Assembly (NCBI RefSeq): GCF_006345805.1
Contig: NC_043009.1
Span: forward strand, 71,424,001-71,488,000
DNA: 64,000 bases
Source: Octopus sinensis
Taxonomy: Eukaryota
Direction of reading: 5' to 3'
Under the pieces are notes generated by a model, which searched no databases, was not told where the DNA came from, and was given only the letters and a program-made list of their open reading frames with translations. Shown here one piece after another: positions 50,283 to 62,200 of this stretch (its first letter is position 1; each line of letters opens with the position of its first letter). Both the position numbers and the translations under genes were made by a program.

Positions 50283-51493
50283 CAGGGTGTGTAATATATG
50301 TGAGGACAGATTTATGTTTATACAAAAACAGATATTTAATAACAGATAATAACTTTATTTATCAAAAAATTCTATGAGGATGAAATTAAACCTTCTTTTT
50401 TATGTTATTCAATAAAGCCACCTTCAGCTTCAATAACTGCTTCTATGCAAGATCTAAATCATCTACATGCTTGAATCAAATGGTCCTGGTTCATTTTGGA
50501 CATTACTCTGACTATGGCAGCTTTCAAAGAATCTTTGGTGTTATGGGCATGATCATTGACCTCTCTCTCAACAACACTCCACATGTAATTGTCCAATGGA
50601 AAATTTTCAGCCAGCCATTCCTGTGTTACTAGAGCCATGTGTGATAGTGCAGAGTCTTACTGAAATACATATGGCCTTCCATTGCATACACTGTCTATTC
50701 AGGGCTTAACAATTGTTTCCAAAACCTCAATGTAGGCAGCAGAGTTAACTCTAAGGCCTTTTGGGAAGAAGTAAGGAGGAATCACATGTCCTTCATTGCT
50801 GACAACCCCTAAAACTATGACAGTTGCAAGAAATTTTGTATGCATAACACTTGGAATGTCAGAAGGGTCTGCACATAACCATCTGTCATTTCTTCTGTTA
50901 ACTTTTTGATCTTGGTCAAAGTTTGTCTCATTTAAAAAAAAACAAGTCAAGCCTTCTTCTGCTGGGTTGTTCAGTTTGTTTAAGAACCTTTTGAATCTGA
51001 TGTAGTGATTTTCTTTTGCTTTTTCTGACAAATTGACCTTTCCAAATCATATAAGACTTATATCAGATGCCTTCATGGACAACATTTCTGACTGTTCCTT
51101 CCAACACATGGAGATCTTTTGCAATTGATCTCATGGACTTTCTGGGATTGTAATCAATGGTCTGTGGAACTTGCTGTATAAATTCAGGTGTTCTGATGAT
51201 TTCAGAGTGTTTAGAATGTTTTTTTATGTTTTGATACAGGTGACACGTTTCCCTCTTCAGTCCCTAACTCCTTACAAACTTTGTACACAAAAGATGTAGC
51301 AACTTTTAAAAATCAAGATATTTCTAAATCGCTCTGCTCAGCCTTTATAACCACAATAACAGCCTCTTCATACCCTCTCGAATAAGCTGAGGGTCTGTTA
51401 TTATTATTTTCTGAAACAAAGATTATACAGAGTTAGCAAAAAATTCAGAAACGACCCCAAAAAGGTCAGTCCTCAAATACCTTACACACCCTG
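50283..51493 (-). mobile_element. Tc1/mariner DNA transposon, maT/DD37D-like, defective
   Basis: TIRs cagggtgtgtaatatatgtgaggac / gtcctcaaataccttacacaccctg flanked by TA. Transposase relic NFDQDQKVNRRNDRWLC..VLGVVSNEG..YVFQ*DSA..IEAEGGFIE* with stops and loss of the WPPNSPDLN segment. Confidence 0.92.
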
Positions 51494-52112
51494 TATATAT
51501 AAAACATAGGATAAATAACAGGATGGTACATGATATACAGTAAAAGAAGATGATAGCATGACGATGTTTAATAGACGAAACCAATCAGGCAAACAACAGG
51601 TGAATGAAGGTAACATGTCAGGAAAGTTATCTACTGCAAATAGATGAAAGGTGAGTGTTGACAGTGCCAGAAATGCAACAACTGATCTGCTGTGGAACTG
51701 GATTACAAGTCCTTCAGGTTTTAGGTTAATCTACGGATTATGTTTCATTGCTTTTTTTCTTCTTCTTGGCAGGCAGTATACTTCATTTTAATCAATATCT
51801 GAGAAGACATTATCTGGGAATGCTCTGCTGGCATCCTATCCAAGGGGAGAGTCATCTCACGGTCTTTTTTAAATGCCAAGCAAAATCAGAGCTAAGTAAC
51901 AACTTCTCAAGGGTGGCTTGGAGGCTACCCCAGAAACTGTCAATGGCAAAATACAAAGACAAGCTATGACATGAGATGGACACACTAAGCGTGAAAAGGG
52001 AAGAAATGTTGTGTAATATGAGAGATAAGAGACAACATGATACAAAGAAGTGGGAAGTAATTTTATGAATATTATAAAGTGGAAAAGAATAGAAGAGGGA
52101 TTTGTAATGGGG

Positions 52113-52151
<39 letters not shown>

Positions 52152-52613
52152 AGTGGTATCTGTATGACAGAGCAAACAATATCTGATGTGAAATAACATA
52201 GCAAAAAACATGGTGTGATAACACAAGTATAACGATATCAGATAACATCTTATATCAATAACATCTTAGATATGAACTGCTGAATTCAAATCCCAAAAGA
52301 CAATTATAGCATTTTTAAATCTATAAAATAATAGCAAAAGAAAGTCATGAACAGGTTTAGAAAGAGAATATATTTTAAAAAAAACAAAAGGAAAAAGAGA
52401 GAGAAGAGAGGAAAAAAAGGAAAACATTAGAGAGAAAAAGAGAAACAGTAAAAACAATGTAAAGGATGAGTGGGTCCTCTCTCTCTCTCTCGTATGCAGG
52501 AAGAAATTTAATCAAGGAAATAAAAATCCAACTGAAGACCATTGTTTCAGGAACAATTTGCAGCTGTGCATTGAGGATGTTTATAAGATGAGAAACACAA
52601 CTGGACCACTTAC

Positions 52614-52754
52614 CATAGCTCCAAATCCCCATGATGTTTTGTTGTACAAAAAGTCTAAGTTATTTCTTTTTAAATATAGCAGACCACCAACCAGAGAGAA
52701 AAGTAATGCAACAGCCAAGGTTCCAGAGTAATTGGGTGGACGGAATACTCGAAT
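52614..52754 (-). CDS. TUSC3: TUSC3/MAGT1 exon 5: [47 protein letters not shown]
   Basis: 141 nt; long polypyrimidine tract + AG, donor GTAAGT; phase 0 to 0. Hallmark IRVFRPPNY and first TM helix; visible inside ORF-track 52581..52823. Confidence 0.97.
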
Positions 52755-52971
52755 CTTTAAAAGGAGAAAAAAGAAGAAGAAAAAAACAAATTCAATTGTC
52801 ATCTTTATACAAAAATGATACAAATTTGTTTAGAAGAATTAAAATTCATCAAATTTTTAACATCTAATATTCCATACTAGCATGTGTTGGATAAGTTTAC
52901 CTTACAACATATTGCCATTCATCTCAAGCTTTCGTAATCTTTTCTGCAATGCCCAACATCCTGAGATCACT

Positions 52972-54085
52972 TAAGGTGGCAAGCTGGCAGAATCATCAGC
53001 ACATTGGGCAGAATGTTTTTTTTTTCAATTCAATTCAATTTTTATTGGCTCAAAAAGCAAAAGCAAGACCATGTAGGGGGACAGGGAGTTATGTACAGGG
53101 AGGGTGGTCATACAAAGAGTTCAGGCCATTTCTGGTCAATAGAGACTTTGAACCGAGCGGTCATCAGCTTATTCCACGGATCCGCAACCCGGACGGAGAA
53201 AGCCCCTCTCCTTCGATTGAGATGAAATCGTCGCAGATAGAGCTTTTCGGAGTGACCCCGCAGCCGACGCTCTGGAGCAGGAGTGAAGAACAGCTCTTTT
53301 GAGAGGTTACACTTTCCGCATATTATGTTATGAGCTAGAATGAGATCACCACGGTGGCGGCGTTTTTCTAGAGAATAAAGGTCGAGCGTCTTCAGCCTTT
53401 CTTCATAAGACAAATGCTTGAGACCAAGAACCATGCGGGTAGCCAGCTTCTGGACTCTTTCAAGATGATATATGTCTTTGAGGAGATAAGGAGAAGAGGC
53501 TTGAATCCCGTACTCCAATATGGGTCTCACCAGCATGACAGAGCGGTAGGAATATGGCTGCTGTGAGTATTCCGAATGACCGTCGAATCAAGAACAGAAC
53601 TCCGCGTGCTTTGTTGGCTGCATGGACGCATTGGGCTGAAGGTGAAAAGGAAGAATCCACCAAGATACCCAAGTCCTTTACTTGGTCAGTCTTCTCCAGC
53701 AGTAGACGACCCAGCTCAAAATCAAGTTGAGTTGCAGGAGAAGAGCCAACAGGCAGATGACAGCACTTTGACAGCGAACCATTAACTTGGACTTGGAAGG
53801 AGCGATCTGAGAGGAAGGCACCAACCCATCATACAATGTCCGGATGGAAACGATATGCTTGAAGCTTGACAAGTAAAAGGCGGTGGTTAACCGAGTCAAA
53901 AGCTTAGCAGCATTTCATCCAGCTTTATGTTTTGAGTTCAAATTTTGCCGAAGGTGAATTTGCCTTTTGTTCTTTCAGGGTCAATAGAATAGGTACCAGT
54001 TGGACACTGTGGTCAATGTAATCAAGTTAACACCCCCCACCCCCGAAAACTGCTGGCCTTGTGCCAAAATTTGAAACCAATATTT
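52972..54085 (+). mobile_element. Family-A SINE split by the CR1 fragment
   Basis: aaggtggcaagctggcagaatc at 52972; gcttagcagcatttc..gagttcaaa..gaaaccaatatt at 53899-54085. Confidence 0.8.
53026..53895 (-). mobile_element. CR1-clade LINE 3' fragment with (ATTGA)3 tail, nested in a SINE
   Basis: VRPILEYGIQASSPYLLKDIYHLERVQKLATRMV..LEKRRHRGDLI..AFSVRVADPWNKL; the host SINE head is at 52972-53015 and its body resumes at about 53899. Confidence 0.92.
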
Positions 54086-54289
54086 CGTTTGCTTCTCTTG
54101 TTCTGTTCAATATCTTCCATTGTCTGCACGCAGCCCTTTTCAATCAGCTCCTAGAATTCCTAACCATTCCAGTATTTTCTCGTCTTCCCTGCTCACCCAG
54201 TCACTGCCTAAGGTCACTTCTGCTCTTCCTTGCTTTCAGGATAACATTATACACCCAACAAAACATGGTCAGAAGCATGCAAAATACCT

Positions 54290-54521
54290 ATTTCTTTATT
54301 ACCCACAAGGGGCTAAACATAGAGGGGACAAACACGGACAGACATAGGTATTAAGTCGATTACATCGACCCCAGTGCGTAACTGGTGCTTAATTTATCGA
54401 CCCCGAAAGGATGAAAGGCAAAGTCGACCTCGGCGGAATTTGAACTCAGAACGTAACGGCAGACGAAATACCGCAATGCATTTCGCCCGGCGTGCTAACG
54501 CTTCTCCCAGCTCGCCGCCTC
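54290..54521 (-). mobile_element. Young family-A SINE with 15-bp TSD
   Basis: Closely similar to 1117-1335; TSD gcatgcaaaatacct at 54275-54289 and 54522-54536. Confidence 0.95.
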
Positions 54522-54892
54522 GCATGCAAAATACCTTTTAGTCCCATCACGTGACCGACCAGGCTATCAGATGTTGTTACACACTGTTGGTCACAATGCA
54601 CTTTGCATCATTTTAGCCCCTTCAAATGACACCACCCTGATGGGTAGGCAAGTAGATCAACGCGAAATGAAGTGTTTTGCTCAAAACACAATGCACTGCC
54701 AAGTCTGGGAATTGAACCTATGATCTAACAGTCATGAATGCAACAGCTTAGCTTCTAGACTGTGTGCCTTGACTTTTAGTCATCCCCAAGAAAAACATGG
54801 AACCAGCTTTACACTTCTTGGCTTTTAAAAAAAATATGTTGTGTTCTACAACACAAAACTCTTTTCTTTTTTTTTTTGAGTTACAGAACACA

Positions 54893-55295
54893 GGAGTGGC
54901 TGTGTGGTAATTGCTTGCTAACCAACCACATGGTTCCGGGTTCAGTCCCGCTGCGTGACATCTTGGGCAAGTGTCTTCTGCTGTGGCCCCGGGCCAACCA
55001 ATGCCTCGTGACTGGATTTGGTAGACGGAAACTGAAAGAAGCCTGTCGTATATATGTATGTATATATGTATGCATGTGTGTGTTTGTGTGTCTGTGTTTG
55101 TCCCCCTAGCATTGCTTGACAACCGATGCTGGTGTGTTTACGTCCCCGTCACTTAGCGGTTCGGCAAAAGAGACCGATAGAATAAGTACTGGGCTTACAA
55201 AGAATAAGTCCCGGGGTCGATTTGCTCGACTAAAGGCGGTGCTCCAGCATGGCCGCAGTCAAATGACTGAAACAAGTAAAAGAGTAAAAGAGTAT
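54893..55295 (+). mobile_element. tRNA-derived CORE-like SINE, family B, full length
   Basis: ggagtggctgtgtggtaa (A box), ggttcagtccc (B box), gacatcttgggcaagtgtcttc core, (TG) insert, tail gaaacaagtaaaagag; agaacacagga repeat at 54885-54895 and 55296-55306. Confidence 0.92.
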
Positions 55296-56240
55296 AGAAC
55301 ACAGGAATGGTGACCCTTGGTTGTAACACGGACATAAAATATTCCAATGTCACATAACCAGCCTATTTAAAAGTCCTTCTTTGAATCGTTGGGTGACATG
55401 CCATGCTTGAGGAGACCTACTGAGTCAAGTAAAATCAAAATAAATCACAATCAAATAGAAATTGTAGTTGTGGCCAATGCCAGTGCCACCTGACTGGCTC
55501 CCCATGCCGGTGACATGTAAAAAACACCATTGGAGCCTGGTGTGGCCTCCTGGCTTGCCAGTCCCCAGTCAAACCGTCCAACACATGCCAGCATGGAAAA
55601 TGGACGTTGAACGATGATGAAGTTCCAGGATTTAAATTTTGAAAAAAACATTACCTGTCAGGTCTACTTATGCTAATTAACACATTCAAATCTTATTGCA
55701 TCTATCATGCCATGGCTCACAGGTGAAGTGCATTAATTCTGCTGGTTGCAGTTTGCTTTGGTAAGAGATATCCAATCGTAAAAAGTTCTTTGGGAATTCC
55801 TTCCTTTATTTGGAAATATTCTAAGAAAATCTCAAACAAACAGTCAATAGATTGCAGAAACTAGTTTTCAAATAAAAAGAAGGAAGAAAAGTTGCTTCTC
55901 AGACAATTATAGGAATAAATTTAAATGCTTTCAAAGATCCCGAGTAAGGGAAATTCAAAAAGTTTTTTCCAAATTAGTAATGAATGAAAACATGACTTTG
56001 TACATTTTCTTTCATTCCTGATATTTGTAAAGAAATCTTTTCAAAACTGTTCACTGAAATTAACCACACAAATACATCAATTAATTTTCTAGAATGTGAC
56101 AAATAAGATGTCCTGATATATTATTTTATAAGAAAAATATATTTTGCATTTTTCTATAAATCTTATCAACTAAACAGGAGAATGAATAATTAAAATAAAT
56201 TAACAGATAAATAAAAATTATTTAATACAATAAAAGTTAC

Positions 56241-56298
56241 CTGAATATCCGTTCTCTCACCAACCCATCTTGCAATTAATTCTGCAGCAAATCCAACT
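56241..56298 (-). CDS. TUSC3: TUSC3/MAGT1 exon 4b: (R)VGFAAELIARWVGERTDIQ
   Basis: 58 nt; acceptor tttcctttattccAG, donor GTAACT. CG+A joins to Arg in frame with exon 4a; matches GFAAEQLAKWIADRTDV. Confidence 0.95.
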
Positions 56299-59135
56299 CT
56301 GGAATAAAGGAAATTTCAGTTTCGAATTGAATCCTTTTAATATACAAACAGCATAAGAACACACAGTGGTGGTGGTGGTGGTGGCAGCGGAAATTTAAAC
56401 GATTCCAACAAACCATTAATCGACAGGTATTTTAATGATCCCCAAAGGATGAAAAAGCAAGGTGTAACGTTGCACGAAATCAACTCAAAGTATAAAAGCA
56501 ACATGGCAAAATGCCATTCGTCTGCCATTCTGTCACAATTATGAATTTCATAAACTGATTAACCGAGTACACTTCCTCTTCTGCCTCAAATTCTGAAGTT
56601 TCTTTTCTTCTCTACTTTTCTCCTTGCTGAACCTCGTCAGGAATATTTGCAAGAGAAGCCGAAGGTGTAAGGGAGGTAACTACGTGCATCGAATGCAAAC
56701 AGACGGAAATGAAATTTCCTTCCACGGCTTCCTCAGAAACCAAACAAACGATTCTATTTTCACAAGACTCCCCGCCACTTTACAGGGTGTGTTGGGTGGT
56801 TTTTACGTGGCACCTGCACAGCGTCGCCAAATAGCTTGCAAGACAAAGACCTCCCGGCTGAGAAAGGAAGTGGAAGCCAGGGAAGTGGTTGTGTGCCAGA
56901 GGAAGAGAGTATAATCGAGGGACAGAGATATGTGTGTGACTATAGAGGAGATACTTGGCTACCACCCCAGGGGAGGAAGGTGGGGAGAGAGAGAGTGAAA
57001 GAGAGAAAAACAGAGGAATTTGGAGATGTAATGGGGCCTATCTACAGGGAACAGTGGTGGAGTAGAAAGGGGACAGAGGGGGGATGTTCTGTAAGAGTGT
57101 GAGGGGAGATGTTTAGAGATAGGGATGACATGGCTGTCAAGAGTCATGGCGATTTTATTAATAATAAAACGCCAAGACCTGCAGGAATTCCATGGCTTTT
57201 AGAGTATATTTCCATTCTGATGCATAAATTTACAAATCCTTATAATATTGTTTCATTATGTCAAGGATTAATTATGTGTTCAATGTCATTCCATCGTTAA
57301 GACTGTTTAAAAAGTAACACTCAAACCTGATTCAATATTCCAAAAGACTGCCACTTCATTAAGGACGTTAGAAATGAAAGACTTAAACCCATGTCATAAC
57401 AAGCAAAATATTAACCCTAACCTTAATGACAGTCTATCAATCTTTAGGCTAGATATCAACCCCATCAGTATCATTAATTTGGAAGGGCCCGCAAAGGTGA
57501 TGGGAACTGCCCCTCCCCTCCCTTAATTTACTTTTGAAAAAATGTGATGTCTGAATGAAAGGTAAGTTCATTGCTGCACCAATGGAATGGTCACCCATCA
57601 GCATTACTGAGAGTTAAAATCTTCGAATTAAGGAAGGATCATATTAATCAGATACCAGAGGGTTGCCATTTCAATTCCAGCAACCATCTCAAGTAAAATG
57701 AAGCACCGAGTCAGCATAATAGAGAACTCTAGTAGGAGCACGGTGACAGTGGTGTGAATATACCAGTGAATAGAATTTTGGAATGCAAAAGAATGAAATG
57801 AGGCAGATGTGAAGACTTGACCTTCATGTCCTGTAAAGTAAGGCGAAACAGCCTGGCAAAGCCTGTCCCTCACCAAACTATTAACACCTATCAAATGTGT
57901 TGAATTCAGCACAACAAACTATAACACAGAGCCCACCAACACCTTTGCTGCTTACAACATTGTTAAGTGGTTTTCTCCAATGGAATCTATTTACAGCTGG
58001 ACATACATGACTGTTCAACAGCTTCTTTTGTCATTGGTTCAGGGTGAGACACAAAGCATTGACCCTTCAAAAGTGGCAGCCAGGCATTCTCATCTCAATG
58101 TTTTAGATTACACAATGTAGAAGCATAAGTAAATCCATAATTCTGATTCCAGTTAGGCTCTTCCTTGAGTTAGAGGCAGCTTAAACTAAGCACAAATATC
58201 TTCGGAGAGTGAACCTAAGTCCTGACTCACAGACAAGAAACAATGAAAATAACACAATGTATGTATTTTATGATTTCAGTAAATGTAGACAGACAGATAC
58301 TAGAATACTGGAAATGATGAGCCAACAAAGGAACCTCTCTGTGTGTCACCTGATTCACTGGAAATAGCAGAGAGATCTTCCTCAAATCCACATTGCCATC
58401 TTGAAAATAGGGAGACTACATTTGATATTGCAGTGCTTTATATGCAATGCCAAAGAAAAAGGTTGGAGAGTTGAAGCTTGAAACATCTTTGATATAAAAG
58501 TTGTCTGAGCCAAAGTTAAACAGGGACAAAGCAACTTCAACAACTGATAAAGGTTATCAAGAGAAACAAATTTACAATATTTCGCTTGTTGACCCCAAGT
58601 TCCCTCTTTAACCTTTTTTAATTACAAAATTACTACAATACACAGTTATTTTCAGTTTATGAATTGTGGTGGTGGTGCGAGTGGGTAGACACTAGTGCAG
58701 TTGAGTGACTCCTCGGTTTGTCGTGAGGATTATAAGGTGATAAAAAGTATGGATGACAATAAGTGTAACCACCAGAAATTGGTAGGGTAATGATTTTCAT
58801 TTGTAGGAATTACACAGTAAATATAAACAGACATGTATTGTTGTTGTTAACTTCATGTTAGCTCTGATCAAGCAGATATTCCAGCTGTGACCATCCCAAA
58901 TAGAATGTATCCTTCCTGTTTTTAAGATTGTAGGATTTGATACAAATAAAATTTAGCATCAATACTGCAACAGCTTGGGGCCTCTACACCACCACCACCA
59001 CCACCAACAACAACAACTTCCACTTTTTCCTTTCAATTATCTCTCACACTCTCTATCTCACTTTTCTCACTCTTCCTCTTTTCCCATTCTATGAACACTT
59101 TGACACTTTATGATGATAAAAAGTAGCAGTAATAC

Positions 59136-59218
59136 CGATGTATATCCATTGTATCTCCTTTCCTTGGCTTCCCTTTTGGTGGAAAATGCATGAAGACAGG
59201 AGCTGTGTTGATTTTTAA
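59136..59218 (-). CDS. TUSC3: TUSC3/MAGT1 (OST3/OST6 family) coding exon 4a, thioredoxin-like domain end: [27 protein letters not shown](R)
   Basis: 83 nt; acceptor tttttttgtAG, donor GTATTA; phase 0 to 2. Translation matches human TUSC3 [28 protein letters not shown] as recalled. Upstream exons were not found in the window. Confidence 0.95.
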
Positions 59219-62200
59219 CTACAAAAAAAAGGTTGAAAATTTATTTTAAAATCATATAAATCGTTATTGCTATTGTTAATTGAGCCCAGGTGAGCCCTGA
59301 TGAAAAAAAATCTATGATGAAAGGTATTCCAGCTGCAACAAATCCATTTTTTTTTTCTCTTAACGCACATTGTATCTGGAGCTACATTATCCAGTACATC
59401 CTTCTCTCTTTAAGAGTTTTATGTCATTTGGCTACTATTTCTTGCAGGCCAAACAGCTACATAGAACCTCCTTCGTTGGCTCAAGTATGAATTACAAGTG
59501 ACGACTGTTGATGGAAAATGCTTAAAGACTGGAGAAGGGTTGAGTTTTGACTAAAAGAAAAATAAGGTTGAAAAATGATTTCAGGACTTTATAAATTACT
59601 ATTTACTTTTGCATTAATTAATTTACCTTATTCAGTTTGCTGAGTTTTTAAATAAAACATTTTTCAGTATTTCATACAAATTCTAAAATGTTAAAAAGAA
59701 TAAAAGCCAACAAAAATATCCAACTACATAAAAAGAAATTATTCTCATTTCCATTTGAATCAATAATTTAACCCTTTTAACACAAAACCACCAAAGCTTA
59801 ACCACACCAGAATGTTGCTGTTGATATGAGATTCTCATTAGAATATGAATGAGAGCGAAACCTTTCAGCAGGTCAACACCAACAGATAAAGTAATAAATA
59901 TATGGAAGATGAAGGGAGAAACAATTGACTAACTGGAAATAAAGTCACAAAAATTTAACAGATTTATTAACAGAGAGGCAGGCAGAGAAAGAGAGAAGAA
60001 GAGCGAAAGAAGAAGAGAGAGGGAGAGTATGTATAAAGGTCTTTCTATAGTTTTGAGTAAACATCAGGGGCTTTGATGTATCCTATCTAAACTTCTCTGG
60101 TAACTTTGACCTCAGATGGAGTTGAAGCCAGTATTGCAAACTAACAAACTCTTCCTCGACTCAACCGTTCCTGTGAAGTGTCACGACTCTGTGGTACCTA
60201 TTTGCAGCCAGATGGACTGGATTCATTGAGAAGTGTGTGACCTGATCAAGAACCAAGGACAGCATATGAGCCACCAACCTTGTGGCTGGTTGCCCAGAAC
60301 TTAACCCACTCAAACACTCTGCACTCTTTCTGCAAGTTTTGAAAGAAGAGAACAGTTCAAAAGACATCAATGTATAACAGGGACCCAGAGTGCACAAACA
60401 TTAGGGAGATGCCACAGAATTTTATAGGAAAGATGCAATCAGTTAAATCAGGCCAATATTATAATGATCAACCCTGGACTGAATCGAGGGATGTCAATGA
60501 ATATCATTAGGCATTGGTATTCTAATTAGTGAATCAGCCATCCTAAGAATTATTTGATACACAAAAGACCACAGATATTGTTATTTTATTGCATGGAAGA
60601 GGTTATGGTCAATACAACTGACCTCAGTGTCTGATTGCTACTTATTTAACCAACCCTGGAAGGAGAAGATTGGGATTTGAACTCAGAATATCTAGAGATA
60701 TAACAAAACTTTTCTAACTTTGCCATCCACTGTGCTTAATAATAAGTCATCATCATCATCAGCATCATCCAGTGTTTTAAATCCGGGTTTTGTCCCCATT
60801 AACGGGGGTGGCCAGATCTACTTCAATGCCATAACAACTGCCCTCACACCATCTCACCAGGTTTTGGGGGTCCTCCTTTTTCAAACCAACCCCCCCAATC
60901 TCCTCCTCCTCTACCTTTTCTTCAGTCTGCCTCACTTTCTTACCCCATTTACCTCAAACACAATCACCCACTTTGTGGGTTAAGAAAGCTACCAATGGTT
61001 TTCTGTAAAGAGAAATCTCAACAATTGTCAAGTATTTGTGTGTATAAATACGTCTGTGTATGTTTGTATATAACAATACCAATCCTAATGTTGAGGCAGA
61101 TATTACCTGTAACATCCGGTTAACCTCAGTTAATTATAACCCCACAAACTCCACCATAGCACCCTCTAGAAATCTAAGCACCTGTAGACACCCTGCCTGC
61201 TGACCCTTAGAAAATAAATGCCCCCACTAAAAATACTGTATATAAAAGTGAGGTTTCTACAAAGGACAAGTTCTATTATAGAACTGGGCCAACCACAAAG
61301 CCTTGGGAGTGGATTTGGTAGACAGAAAGAAGTCTGTTGTGTGTGTGTTTGTTACTGTCTCTTTGCCTTGACTTGATGCAGTAATTGTAAATGAGTGTCA
61401 CTGTCTTACAAGTGGTGTCCTTCATTTTCAATCATTCATGGAAACATGTCAGGTCATTGGGAAATATTAGTTTCCTTGGAAACAGGTGAGGCTTGACAAC
61501 AGGAAGGGCATCCAGCTGAAGAAAACTGCCTCAAAATTCCACCTGACCCATACAGCAAGGCAAGGTGGACCCAAAACAGTTGATGATTGTTTCAGTGCAG
61601 AGAAAGCCCTATCATATCTCATGTTATGATAACAAGTCAGAAATCAATGATCAAATTATTTATTTATTAATGATTTTCATAAGGATCTTGTTGTTGTTTT
61701 TTGGTATTTCACCATATTAACATAGGTCAGGATGGTGTGATGCAGAAAAACGTCACTGACATTTACAGGAGTTGCCTGTGAGGTGAAGGAGACTAGAATT
61801 GTTAGTTTGCGTTATCTTGAAATAGTTGACACCAGCACAGCCAGTCAACCAGTTAATATGGTGTAGTGAAGCAGGGAGAGTTGATAATTCCATGGCATCT
61901 TCCCATGGGACATAATGGAATGTCTATTGAGGGGTTTCAAATCAAACTCTTCTAGTCAAAAGTCATCATCACAATTTAAACATCTTGCTTTTTATCGTTA
62001 AGATAACAGTTAAACACACAGACTGCATACGTCTGTGTGAATGGATGCGAGTTCAAGTTGGGTGCAAGTGTTTCAACTGGGAACATGAGTGGATGTGAAT
62101 ATGGTGTGTGTGTGTGTGAGTGACTCAACTTTGACAGTGAGCATGCTTGAATGCTAGTGGGTGAGTGCACAAGTATGAAATGTCTAAGAGGCAAAGGATG

